Of a stretch of DNA of 64,000 nt, positions 1 through 10,700 are shown in pieces. A program made the translations under genes and the position numbers. The DNA comes from a virus (taxonomy: Duplodnaviria > Caudoviricetes), in IMG/VR virus record IMGVR_UViG_643348564_000006, positions 941-64,940 of that record; one strand, 5' to 3'. Under the pieces are notes generated by a model. That model saw only the letters and a program-made list of their open reading frames with translations. It did not search any database and was not told the DNA's origin. Every line of letters starts with the position of its first letter. Within the stretch, counting starts at the first letter, position 1.

Positions 1-258
1 GCGGATGGCCAGGGCCAGCTCCTTCACCGCGTCCGTCAGGTCGGCGATCGCGATCGAGTCGAGGACCGCGGGGCCGGACGCGGATGCGACGTCCCGCGCG
101 GTTTCGGCCTGGAGCGCTTCGGCCTTCTTCGCCTCCAGCCGGTAATCGAGCAGCGTCTTGATGAAGCCGTTCAGCGGGACGAGGGCGCCCGCCAGCGCGG
201 CCGTGATGCCGACGACGATCGCCGGCCAGCTGTCAAAGGATACGCCCAAGTCGGCCAC
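1..258 (-). CDS. Small membrane protein of the lysis cassette (holin/antiholin-like), runs off the window
   Basis: Manual translation from GTG at 258 with AGGAGG upstream: VADLGVSFDSWPAIVVGITAALAGALVPLNGFIKTLLDYRLEAKKAE...; one TM segment then a charged helix. Confidence 0.6.
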   Translation of the reverse strand, partial: MADLGVSFDSWPAIVVGITAALAGALVPLNGFIKTLLDYRLEAKKAEALQAETARDVASASGPAVLDSIAIADLTDAVKELALAIR

Positions 259-733
259 CAGCTCGCCTCCTCTTGCGCAGGCCGAAGGTGTCTTCGGCCG
301 CCATGTCGGAGGCGGCCCGCCCCGACGAATGAAGCTCGGCCAGGGCGAGGACACCGTAGACCGCGATGCCGGTGGAGAGCGGCGGGTAGGCTGCCGCGAA
401 GCCGGCCGCGGTTGCGAGCCAGAACGCAAAGCCTGACATGCACCCGATGGTGCGGATCAGGGAGGTCTCGCGACCGCGCCGGCCGTTGATCCAGAGGGCG
501 AGGATGCGCGCCCCGCCCACCGCAACGGAGATCGTCCCGGCCGTGCGCTCGGTCACGCAGGACGCGATCACGCGCCATTCCGGGCCGACGAAGGTGGGCT
601 CGGGCAGGAGCAGCACCCCCCCGAGCGTCACCATGATGAGGGAGAGCCACACCTCGGCCCAGCGGGTTTGCCCGTAGCGGACGGCTCTGCGGATGCGCTC
701 GTTGATGACCGGATCGGGGTCGTACTGGATCAT
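233..733 (-). CDS. Multi-pass membrane protein in the lysis cassette
   Basis: ORF 233..793, likely start MIQYDPDP at 733; about four hydrophobic segments. Confidence 0.65.
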   Translation of the reverse strand: MIQYDPDPVINERIRRAVRYGQTRWAEVWLSLIMVTLGGVLLLPEPTFVGPEWRVIASCVTERTAGTISVAVGGARILALWINGRRGRETSLIRTIGCMSGFAFWLATAAGFAAAYPPLSTGIAVYGVLALAELHSSGRAASDMAAEDTFGLRKRRRAGGRLGRIL

Positions 734-820
734 GGCTCGGTGGTGCCAAGGCGCGAGGTAAGCCAGCCAGCAGTGCCGTGGGGGGATCCGCATGGCCGCC
801 TCCTGTCTGGCTATGTGCGC

Positions 821-1528
821 TTACTTCCTGGCCGCCGCCGGCAGCCCGTTCAGGACAGGCGTCAGGACGGTGTTGGCGTTCGCGGTCTCCTCCAGGTGCA
901 GGGCCCGGAAGATCGTCCTGGCGACACCCTCCGGGCCGCCCGCGGCGCGCACCACCGCCGCCGGAGCAGCGTTGAGCGCACGGTTGACCGCGGTGGCGAG
1001 CACCTTCGAGCCGATCTCGACATTGAGCGCCGTGCCCCTGGCTGCGCCCTCGACGGTGTTGAGGGCATACTCCAGGCAGGCCTCGACCATCTGCTGGATC
1101 CGCTTCTGGGTGATGAACAGCTGCAACCACGGGGCGATGCGGGCGATCGCAGCGGTGATCACGGTCACCAGGATCGGCACGAGGACTGAGGTGATGGTCT
1201 GGGCGATGGCGACGATCCAGTCGCCCCAGGGCACCACCACCGCGGTGTTGGCGACCGCCGTCACCTCGGCGGAGAGGGCTGGCCCGAGGAGTGTGAGAAG
1301 GCCTGCCAGGGCGACACCGGCCAGGGGCAGGCGGCGCAGGAGTGCGACAGCGGCCGGCAGGGCGAGCGAGACGCCACCGAGGAGCATGAGGCCGAACGCG
1401 AGGCCTCCAGCCCCAGAGCCGCCCTTCAGTGGACAGTCGGCGCAGAGCTCGGGCGGCGTCGCGCCGGCCAGAGCGGGAGCGGCGAGCGCGCACAGCGCCA
1501 GCGCCGCGAGCGAGAGCTTGCGGATCAT
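821..1528 (-). CDS. Holin-like membrane protein with N-terminal signal-like sequence
   Basis: 235 aa, several TM segments then a soluble C-terminal domain; downstream of endolysin. Confidence 0.55.
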   Translation of the reverse strand: MIRKLSLAALALCALAAPALAGATPPELCADCPLKGGSGAGGLAFGLMLLGGVSLALPAAVALLRRLPLAGVALAGLLTLLGPALSAEVTAVANTAVVVPWGDWIVAIAQTITSVLVPILVTVITAAIARIAPWLQLFITQKRIQQMVEACLEYALNTVEGAARGTALNVEIGSKVLATAVNRALNAAPAAVVRAAGGPEGVARTIFRALHLEETANANTVLTPVLNGLPAAARK

Positions 1529-1587
1529 GGGATAGTCCTTGGATGTTGCTGGGGTGGTGCCCTGTCTAAACCCGTAGGGCGAGGGTC

Positions 1588-1890
1588 TCAGGCTGCGTCG
1601 AAGTCAGGCAGCGGAACGGTTTGCCCGGCGAGGTGATGGGTGCTGTCGCCGAGAAATTGGATCTGGCCGTCCCTCACGAAGGAGTGGCAGACGGGGGAGC
1701 CCGGGTTGAAGTACGGGCCGGGCGGGTTGACGAAGACCGAGGGGGTGAAGGTCGGACGGTCGTAGTTGCCGTTGAACTGCCAGCGCGGACCTTCCCCCTC
1801 ACCGATGCGGATGCTGTGGGCGCCCGCGCACCCCGGGCACCAGAACAGAAGCCGGCCGCCCTCCACGGTGCGGAGGATGCCGCGTTTCAT
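1588..1890 (-). CDS. Small Cys/His-rich putative metal-binding protein (DUF6527-like)
   Basis: MKRGILRTVEGGRLLFWCPGC..H..W.FNG..RPTFTPSV..CHSFVRDGQIQFLGDSTH; TGATG-coupled to the endolysin stop. Confidence 0.7.
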   Translation of the reverse strand: MKRGILRTVEGGRLLFWCPGCAGAHSIRIGEGEGPRWQFNGNYDRPTFTPSVFVNPPGPYFNPGSPVCHSFVRDGQIQFLGDSTHHLAGQTVPLPDFDAA

Positions 1891-2582
1891 CAGGCGGCCC
1901 CGAAGACGCGATCGATCCAGCCGCCGAGCCGCGCCACGAAGCCCGTCGTCGCCAGTACGGCCGGGGGCACCGGGGTCGCGGGGGTCGCCGGGACCACCAC
2001 AACAGGCTCCGCGACCCGCACCACGACCAGCGCGGGCGCCGGCGCCGCGTTGCCGAGGCTCTTCGCCTTGGCGATCGCCTTCTCGACCTCGGCGGCCGTG
2101 GCGAGCACCTTGTTGATGCCATCGCCCAGGTAGTAGGTCTGCCCGCGCCTCACCGCCTTGTGGGCGCCCTTGATGTCCGAGAGCACCGGGAAGGAAGCCC
2201 ACTCCATGGCAAGTTGGTTGCCGAAGGCGGTCGCCGAGACGGTGCCGGCCATGAACTGGTCGTACTTTCGGCGCCGCAGCAGGTGGTAGCCGAGCCGGTC
2301 CTGAAGGTCCGGATCGAAAACCTGAGTGCTGCGCAGCCCGAGCTCCTTGATCAGCCCCTGCAGGGTTGCGGTCATGAACTGGTAGCGCCCGCACGCGCTC
2401 GACCCGAAGGTCTTGGTGCGCCAGGGGCCCTGCGCGACCACCTCGGCCACCGTCATGGTGGTGAGGGGATTCGGCATCATCGACATCTTGTTGTCGAACA
2501 CGGTGTTGTAGCCCCGCGGCGCCTCCTTGCTCGCGATGAAGTCGAGCAGAAACGCCGCGCCGGCGGGCACGGTCTTGTCCAT
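1890..2582 (-). CDS. Endolysin, lambda-lysozyme-like lytic transglycosylase (GH104-like)
   Basis: IASKEA..GYN..SACGRYQF..T..L..FDPDLQD..EWASFP motifs; Ala/Pro/Val-rich C-terminal tail. Confidence 0.85.
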   Translation of the reverse strand: MDKTVPAGAAFLLDFIASKEAPRGYNTVFDNKMSMMPNPLTTMTVAEVVAQGPWRTKTFGSSACGRYQFMTATLQGLIKELGLRSTQVFDPDLQDRLGYHLLRRRKYDQFMAGTVSATAFGNQLAMEWASFPVLSDIKGAHKAVRRGQTYYLGDGINKVLATAAEVEKAIAKAKSLGNAAPAPALVVVRVAEPVVVVPATPATPVPPAVLATTGFVARLGGWIDRVFGAA

Positions 2583-2619
2583 CAGCAGTCTCCTGGGGGT
2601 TGTGCCGGCGGCGCCGGGC

Positions 2620-2982
2620 TTAGGCGAGCGGAATGCCGCGCCTCTTCAGCGCCGCCAGGACGCCCTGATGGTCGGTGGCGGCGTAGACCTCCTGCGAGCA
2701 CGCGACACGCGCCAGCTCGATCTGCTCGGCCTGGGTGGCCGCGGCGTCGACCTGCTGGGCCAGCTGCGCAACCGTGAGGCCGCGGATCCGGGCCTCCTCC
2801 TCCAGCATGGTCGAGCGCACGCCCGAGGAGAGGAAGGCGCGGGCCTGGGCCGCCTTGTTGGTGTCCATGGCGCGCTGCACGGCCGAGCGCTCTTTCTGGC
2901 CGATCTCGGCGTAGAAGCGCATCAGGGCGGCGTAGGCCAGATCCTGGAACTGGTCCAGGCTCGGTCCGATGATGAGGCTCAT
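2620..2982 (-). CDS. Tail-associated/tail fibre assembly-like protein
   Basis: 120-aa helical ORF coupled to upstream tail genes; position only. Confidence 0.5.
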   Translation of the reverse strand: MSLIIGPSLDQFQDLAYAALMRFYAEIGQKERSAVQRAMDTNKAAQARAFLSSGVRSTMLEEEARIRGLTVAQLAQQVDAAATQAEQIELARVACSQEVYAATDHQGVLAALKRRGIPLA

Positions 2983-3395
2983 TGGGCAGACGGCTCCGTG
3001 ACGGTGAGGGTGAAGACGCGCCGCCGATACGGGAACGGCTCGATCGAGAGGCGATAGCTGCCCGGGACCACAAAGCCGATCGCGAGATCGCCGCCCGGGT
3101 GCGGGGTCTGGCCGGGCCCGAGCGGGCCCTCCTCGACCACGATGCTGCAGGCCGGCACGCCGGGCAGCGTCGCCTGCTCGAACGGCTTGAGGGTGGTCGT
3201 GTCGAACTCGCCCGGCAGCTCGGGGCGCCGCTTCAGGGCCGGTGTACCGCTGCTCAGGTCCACGTAGGTGTCGGTCATGTCCTGGCCGACCTCCACGAAG
3301 TTCGTGCCGGCCTCGCGCAGCAGGTCGGCGTAGCCGGGTTGGCTCTGGCCCACCATCTGGGTGATGCGGCCCGCGTCGTTGTAGATGAAGAACAC
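2979..3395 (-). CDS. Tail-associated hypothetical protein
   Basis: 138 aa, MFFIYNDAGRITQ N-terminus typical of distal tail accessory genes; position. Confidence 0.55.
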   Translation of the reverse strand: MFFIYNDAGRITQMVGQSQPGYADLLREAGTNFVEVGQDMTDTYVDLSSGTPALKRRPELPGEFDTTTLKPFEQATLPGVPACSIVVEEGPLGPGQTPHPGGDLAIGFVVPGSYRLSIEPFPYRRRVFTLTVTEPSAQ

Positions 3396-3396
3396 C

Positions 3397-3846
3397 TCAG
3401 TCTCCTCTGCCCAGCACCCAGAACTTGAGGGTGCCGGCCGTGATCATCCCTGTGCCGGAGGTGCCGCCGCCCTGGACAGACCAGTCGATGGCAAAGCGCC
3501 CGTCGCCGAGCGGGGTCAGGGTGTATTGGCAGACCCAGTAGGCCTGGGCGACGCCTTGCGTGTTGGTGATGACGAGCGCCCCCATCGGGATGATGGTCCC
3601 GTCGTTGTTGATGTAGGTCCCGCAGATCCACGGGAATGTATAGTATTTGCGCGCGGTCTCGACCCTGGGACGCCACTGCTGCGTCATATCTGCAGGCGAG
3701 CCTAAGATGAACTCCTCGGCCACGGCTGGCGGATACTGGGCCGAGAAGATCAGGGCCGGGTCGAGCGGATCGCCCGGCGCGCCGCCGGCGTGGTTCCAGA
3801 TCTTCAGCGGATCGCCATTGACGTTGAACTGAGCGTTGAAGGCCAT
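3397..3846 (-). CDS. Small tail-tip accessory protein 3
   Basis: 3' part of ORF 3397..4605 from ATG 3846 (MAFNAQFNVNG...); beta-rich. Confidence 0.6.
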   Translation of the reverse strand: MAFNAQFNVNGDPLKIWNHAGGAPGDPLDPALIFSAQYPPAVAEEFILGSPADMTQQWRPRVETARKYYTFPWICGTYINNDGTIIPMGALVITNTQGVAQAYWVCQYTLTPLGDGRFAIDWSVQGGGTSGTGMITAGTLKFWVLGRGD

Positions 3847-3851
3847 GGGTC

Positions 3852-4289
3852 TCACGAGAAGGTCTGGCGGCGATAGACGAGGTACATGATCTTGTCCGGC
3901 AGTTCGGTGTAGATGCCACCGACGCTGAAACACGAGATCACGAACTGGTTCGTGGAGATCTGGAGCTTCATGGTGTGACGCGGGACCGTCGCGTTGAAGG
4001 CGTTTCCGCTCGGCTGGAGAGCCATCGGCGGCCACTGGACCGTGCCGTTCGGGCGCACCGCGATCGGGATCACGTCCGGAGTGACGCTGTAGGGCCCAAT
4101 GCCGACCGTGGCCTGCTTCGCCCCTGACGAGGTTGGATGAGCCCCGAGGGTGACGATGCCGTGCTCCAGGATCTGACCCGTCCTGACCCCGAGGTCCATC
4201 AGGATGCCATCCCAGGACGGGTTGAACACATCGAAGCCAGGGCGCATCACCCGGAAGGCCCCGGGCCCGATATGAGTTCGCCAGGGCAT
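3852..4289 (-). CDS. Small tail-tip accessory protein 2
   Basis: 145 aa; N-terminus WR..IG...V.RPGFD resembles the neighbouring 4293..4712 gene. Confidence 0.6.
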   Translation of the reverse strand: MPWRTHIGPGAFRVMRPGFDVFNPSWDGILMDLGVRTGQILEHGIVTLGAHPTSSGAKQATVGIGPYSVTPDVIPIAVRPNGTVQWPPMALQPSGNAFNATVPRHTMKLQISTNQFVISCFSVGGIYTELPDKIMYLVYRRQTFS

Positions 4290-4292
4290 GAT

Positions 4293-4712
4293 CTATCCCT
4301 TGATCGGCAAGGTGAGGATCACATACCGGAAATAACCCGGCACGGCGTTGGGGTCCAAGTCCGGCCGCAGCTTCGCGATCTTGAATTGGGCTCGGTTCAG
4401 GTACTGGAACTGGAACCGCGGGAAGCCGTAGTTGCCTCCATAAATGTTCTCCTCTTGGGAGAGCTGCCCAGCGGAGGGGTCGTAGCGGTCGAAGTAGTAC
4501 CACGGATAGTAGCCGATGTCGGGGATATTGACGACCTGATCGAGATTGCTCGTCCCCGCCTGGAGGATGTTCGCCATCCGGCCCGCAGCGGAGGAGAACA
4601 TCCACTGCGAGTTGTTGGTCGGGTCGCAGCCGAACAGGTCATAGCCGGGTTTCGAGACGAACAGCCCCTGGTGTCCCGAGGGGTGCTGTCCGATGAGTAC
4701 GCGCCACGTCAC
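4293..4712 (-). CDS. Small tail-tip accessory protein 1
   Basis: 139 aa, WRVLIG..GLFVSKPGYD; directly after tail tip gene. Confidence 0.6.
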   Translation of the reverse strand: MTWRVLIGQHPSGHQGLFVSKPGYDLFGCDPTNNSQWMFSSAAGRMANILQAGTSNLDQVVNIPDIGYYPWYYFDRYDPSAGQLSQEENIYGGNYGFPRFQFQYLNRAQFKIAKLRPDLDPNAVPGYFRYVILTLPIKG

Positions 4713-4714
4713 GG

Positions 4715-7700
4715 TCAGCCCCAGATGATGATCCGCTTGTTGTTAAGGTCGACCTGCATCTGACCGTCGCCGCTCTGAAGCAGGCCGGCGGTCATGGTGC
4801 CGACATTGGCGGTGATGGCCGAGAGTTGCGTCACCGAGAGCTTGTTGGCGCTGACCGAGTTGACCCAGAGGCCGCCACCGTTGACGCCGGTCCCGTTGAG
4901 GATGAGGTTGCTGGCGTCATCCCACATCGCGAGACCCCAGCCGCCACCGGAGAGATCGTTGATGTAGCCAACCGCCACACGCAACGTGCCGTTGCTGTCG
5001 CGGCAGTACATGCGACCAAGGCCCGTGTTGTTCGGTGCCTCCAGCACGAAATTGTTGCCGCCGATCTGGATGACGCCGGCCGTTATCATGCCGGCCCCGA
5101 TCTTGTCCGCGGTGACCTGCCCGGCGCCGATCTTCTCTGCGGTGATCTGTCCGGCCGCGATGTGGCTGGCCTGGATCGCGTTGGCGGCGATCTGGTTGGC
5201 GGTGATGGTGCCGGTGTTGATCCGGCTGCCGTCGATGATCGTCCCGCCGTATGTCGGGTTCAGCCCAGCATAGCCGTCGTAAGAACACATAAGGACGGTG
5301 TTCTTATCGGCGAAGATGTCAGGCCAGTTGTTGGCGGCGAAGTTGAGCTGGTTCGGCCGCCGCTTGTCCCACCAGATGTAGCAGAGGGTGGCGCCTGCGT
5401 TACCGCTGCCGCCTGGGCACCAGCTCGCGACATTGTTGCCGGCGTCGTCGATCCACAGGACGTGACCTCCTGTCCACGAGACGGTGCGAGTGTTTTTGTC
5501 AACCGAGAAGTCGATGCCGACCGTGCGGACGCCGCGCAGGGCCACCGTCAGGGCGTTGACCCGGATCGAGTTAGCTTCGATCGCGCCGCCATTGATCTTG
5601 GTGGTATCCGAGCCCATCCAGCTCGTGAGCGATTGCCCGCCGCCGACCTGGATCTTGTCGGCGTAGATCGAGTTCGACTGGATGTGCCAGCCGGAGATGG
5701 TCGTGCCAGCGATCTGGTACCCGGTGATGGCGTTCGCAGCGATCCTGTCGGCCGTGATGGTGCCGGCGGTGATCTTGTTGGCGTTCATGGTGCCGGTGGC
5801 GATGGTGTCGCCCCAGATCACGGTCGAGGAGCCCGGCGCCCAGTCCGAATATTCGGCCTGATTGGGCTTGGCCTGCCCGAAGTAGAGGCCGCTCCAGAAG
5901 GTATAAGGGCCGTCACCACCATTGAACGTCGTCCGCAGGTAGATTGCGGCCGTGGCGGCGTTGGACGGGGCGGTGGCGAAGCAACCCATGCGCGCCCAGG
6001 CGCTCAGGTTGCCGTTGCTCATCGCGTTCTCGACGGTGTTGGTCCAGGCCTCCCCGCAATAGGCGTCGTTGGCATCCATCCAGACGATGATGAGGTGAGC
6101 CTTGCAGCGGTGAGCCGACACGTAGCCGGACACCTCGTATCGCTTGCCGGCGACCACCGGGAACCGCTGGCTCCAGGTGCCGTCCTGCTTCGGGGTCGAC
6201 GCATAGGTGTCCCAGACATAGCCGGCCGGCGGGGTGCCGGCGCAGCTCACCTGCAACGAGCCCATCCCGTTCGGCTGCCAGCCGGGGCCCGATTGGTTGA
6301 GCCCGATGTAGGGGGCGCGGTTGCCCAGATCCCCCAGGTTCGACCACGTCCCGTAGATGCCGGGGACGGTGCCGCCGCCCCAGTTGTTCACGCCGGGCGT
6401 GCCCGCCCGGAAGTCAGAGTTGTAGAGCAGGTTGGTCGAGTTGAGCCCGACGCCGATCTTGTCGGCCGTGATCGCGCCCGCCGCGAGCTGGTCCACGCCG
6501 ATGGCGCCGGCCGAGATCTGCCCGGCGGTGATCGAGTTCGCGACGAGCTTGTCCGCTGAGATCGTGTTGCCGGCGATGTTCCAGCCGATGATGGTCTGGC
6601 CGGCGATCTGGTTCGCGGTGATGGTGTTGGCCGCGATCTCATAAGCGGTGATGGCCCCGGCCGCGATATGGCCGGCGCCGAGCGTGCGCGCCTGGATATT
6701 CCAGCCGATGATGGTGGAGCCCGCAATCTGGTCCGCCGTGATGGTATTGGCGGCAATCTCGGTCGCGGTGATGGCGCCGACCGCGATCTGGCCCGCCGTG
6801 ATGGTGCGAGCCACCAGCCGATCCCCGTAGATCGAGCCGGTGGTGATGTTGGTGCCGGTGATCGTGGTGACCCCGGGGTCCACGTAGGGCGAGCACTCGG
6901 CCTGGCCCGCCCGCGCCGCAGCGTACATGGCCCCGACTACGAAGATGAGGGGGCCCGCCGCGGTGATGTTTTGACCGCGGTAGAGCACCTTGAACCCGTA
7001 GGCGTTGGACGGCGAGGTCGCGAGGATCGCCATCCGCGGGTAGTCGGTCAGGGCTCCGCCGACCTTCGCGAACTGACCGATGACGTTCGATCCGTCGTAG
7101 CGGATGGCGTTGCCGGCGCTGTCCAGCCACAGGACATGCATCTGCGCATCGCAGCGATGGCAGGTGACGTAGGCCGAGAACTCGTAGGGCGTGTTCGGAT
7201 AGCAGGGAAATGCTTGGAGGTTGTTGCTCGTGTCGATGCGCTGGTGCCAGGTGTCGAACCACTGTCCGCCGGCCCCAGTCCAGCCCGTGCCGTAGCCGGC
7301 GAAGCCCTTGAAGCCCGACGGCACCCAGCCCGTCTCCACGAAGATGTCGGGCGTCCCGCCCCAGGTCTGGCCGCCAGCCGTCCAGCCGGCGAGGCCCTGG
7401 GCCATGTCGGCGTTGAAGGCGAAGTTGGCGCTGGAGACGGCAAGCTTGCTGGTCGTGACCGATCCGGCCGCCAGCTCATTGGCGGTGAGCGTCCCAGTCG
7501 CGATCTGCGAGGCCGTGATGGTCCGCGACGCGATCTCGTAGGCCGTAATGGTTCCGCCTGCGATCCGGTCCGCCGTGATGGTCCGCCCGGCGATCTCGTT
7601 GGCGGTGATCGTGCCCGAGACCAGATTGCCGGCCGAGATCGTGCGCCCGGCGATCTTGTCTCCGGTGATGGTGCCGCCCGCGATCTGACCGGCCGTAATG

Positions 7701-10700
7701 GTCCCACCCGCGATCCGATCCGCGGTGATCGAGCCCGCGATGATGCGGTTGGCGTGCAGCGAGCCCGTGCGGATGGTGCCGCCGTCAATGGTGGTCAGGC
7801 CCGGCGGCGAATAGGGCGACACCTCCGTCTGGCCCTCGATGGCCTTGGCGAACATCAGGCCGGACACCATGACGTAGTGCCAGCCCTGACCGTTGATCCA
7901 GGTGTTGCCGAACCGCACCCGCGGCTGCGCGTAGACCGCACCGGCCGGAGCGACGACGATCAGCTTCGAGCGGGCGTACTGGTCCCACTCTTCCACGGAG
8001 TTGTAGAACGAACCCTGCCAGTCCAGGGTCGTCCAATTGCCCCAGGTCTCACCGATGTAACTCTGGTTGTTGTCGAGCCAGATCAAGCCGACAATGGCTT
8101 GGCAGCGGATGGTCGCCAGATAGGCACTGATCTCGTAATACTCGCCGGCCCTGACGGAGATCCTCTCGGCATTGCCGTCCGTCTTCTGGCGGTCGATGTG
8201 GACTTCTGCGATCGTGCCCTGGGCGATGTTCTCCCCGTTGGTACGGCAGCGGAAGGCCCGCATCCCGGCCGGAGCGTGGTTGGTGTCCGTCCCGTCGTTG
8301 ACGATCACCGCGCCCGAGTTGCCACCGCCGACCGACCAGCCGGCCACGAAGCCGCTGCTGTCGACGTTGGTGCAGTCGGCATTCGGCGCGAGGTTCAGCG
8401 ACGCAACCGCCAGCTTACTGGTCGTGACGGAGCCGGCTGCGAGGTTGCCCGCCTGAATGGTGCCGCCAGCAATGAGGCTGCCCGTGATGGTGCCGCCCGC
8501 GATGTTGGTCCCGGTGATGGTGCTGCCGGCGATCTTGTCGCCGGTGATCGTGCTGCCCGCAATCTCGGTCGCCGTGATGGTGCCGGTGGCGATCTGACCT
8601 GCGGTGATGGACTTCGCGGCGATCTTGGCAGCCGTGATCGCGCCATCCACGATCATCTGAGCGTTGGCAGCTTTCCGCGCCTGCACCTTGCCCCAGTAGA
8701 CGTAGCTGCCATAGGCGTAGGGCTTGTCACACAGCAGGAGCACCTGCATCCGCTGGATGCCTTCGGGGATGGTGATCTGACCCGAGAGATCGACCCATTG
8801 GTTCTTGAGGTCGGTGTAGGCCGCGGTCGGCCACTGGCCGTTCCCCCCGGCGGCATCGGTGAGAACGGCCATGAGGCTGGCCCGCTCGCCGTTTGCGTTG
8901 AAGACGCGCGCCGACAGGTTGATGACGTCGCCCGGCCGCACCGCGATCGGGTCGGAATAGGCGCAGTCGCGTGCATTCGAGCGCAGGCGGTGCATACCGC
9001 CGGGGTCGGTCGCGACCGACGTATCGATGAGCGTGTCGCCGCCGCCGAGAGACCAGCCCTCGGAGTTCGCCGAGCCGTCGATCGGGTTCGTGAAGTCCCC
9101 GTTCTTCAGCATGTTGCTGGGATCGGTGAGGACCAGCTTCGAGGCGGTGACCGATCCGGCCGCCAGCTCGCGCGCAGTCAGCGTCCCGGCGCTGATGTTC
9201 GCCCCCGTGATGGTGTTGCCGGCGATGCGGTCACCCGTGATGGTGGACCCGGCAATCCGGTCACCCGTCAGCGAGTTGACGGCGATCTCGTTCGCGGTGA
9301 GGCTGCCGGTGACGATGTGCCCGGCCCCGATGGTGCGGCCAGAGATGTTGAAGCCCGTGATCGTGGCGCCGGAGATGTTGCCTCCGGTGATCGTCCCGCC
9401 CGCGATACGGTCGCCCGTGATGGCCGAGCCGGCGATCTCGTAGGCGGTGATGGTCCCTGCGGCGAGGTTGGTCGCCGTGATGGTGCGGGCGGCGATCTCA
9501 TTGGTGGTGAGCGTCGCGGCCACGATATGCCCGGCGCTGATCGTCCGGCCGGCGATCAGCCCGCCCGTGATGGTCGCGCCCGCGATCTTGTCGCCCGTGA
9601 TGGTCGAACCGGCAATCTCGGTCGCCGTGATGGCCCCGACCGCGATCTGCCCCGCCGTGATGGTGCGGGCGACGAGCCGGTCCCCGTAGATCGAGCTGGT
9701 GCGGACGTTGCCGCCCTCGATCGTGGTCACGCCCGCGTCGGAGTACGGGCTCGGCTCGGTCTGGCCCTCGACGGCCTGGGCGAAGAACAACCCGCCCGCC
9801 ATGCAGTAGGGGTTGCTGCCGAAGTTGTACCAGCGGACCCGGATATCGGCACTGGCGGCGTTGGCCGGCGCGGTGGCGATCACCCAGGAGCGGGCGAGCC
9901 GATCCCAATCCGCCAGTGATGAGCCAGAGCCGAGCTGCGTGGCGACGATGTTGTTGCCGCCGTGCTCGGTGATGTAGGTGCCGGTGGCGTCCCACCAGAT
10001 GATCGACACATAGGCGGTGCAGCGGTGCGCCGAGACGTAGGCCGAGAACTCGTAGCGCGCATTCGGCGTGACCGGGATCCGCTGCTGGGCCCCCGTCGCA
10101 TCCGGGTTGGCGTAGATGATCTCGGAGATGCCGCTCGTCGGCTTGTTGGCATCGTCGTAGCGGACCGAGAAGACCCGCATGCCCTGCGGAGCCCAATCGG
10201 TGCGGATGCCCTCCACGAGCGGAGTGATGCCCGTGCCGCCGGCCGCGCCCCACCAGCCGGAGGTGCCCTGCTGGAGGCCGCCGTTCGCGGCGAGGTTCAG
10301 GCTCGCCACCGCCAGCTTCGAGGCCAGGATCGAGCAAGCTTCGATCTTGTCCGCGTTGACGGCGCCGGTCGCCAGCTTCGGCGTGCTGATGGCGCCGTCC
10401 GTAATCTGGGTCTGAGTGATCTGGCCTGCGAGCTTCGCCGTGCTAATGCCGGCGATCTGCGCGTCCGTGACCTGCCCCTGGAGCACGGCGGCATTGACCG
10501 AGGCCACCTGCGCGGCCACGACCTGTCCGATCAGCTTCGCCGCGCTGATGCCCGCGAGCTGGTCATCCGACAATGTGCCGCTGACCTTGGTCGCGCTGAT
10601 CGCCGCGAGCTGCGCGTCCGTGAGCTGGCCCGTCACGTCGGAGGCCCCGACCCCCGCGGTCCAAGCCCCACCCACCGCGCGGTAGATCTTGCCGTCCGAG

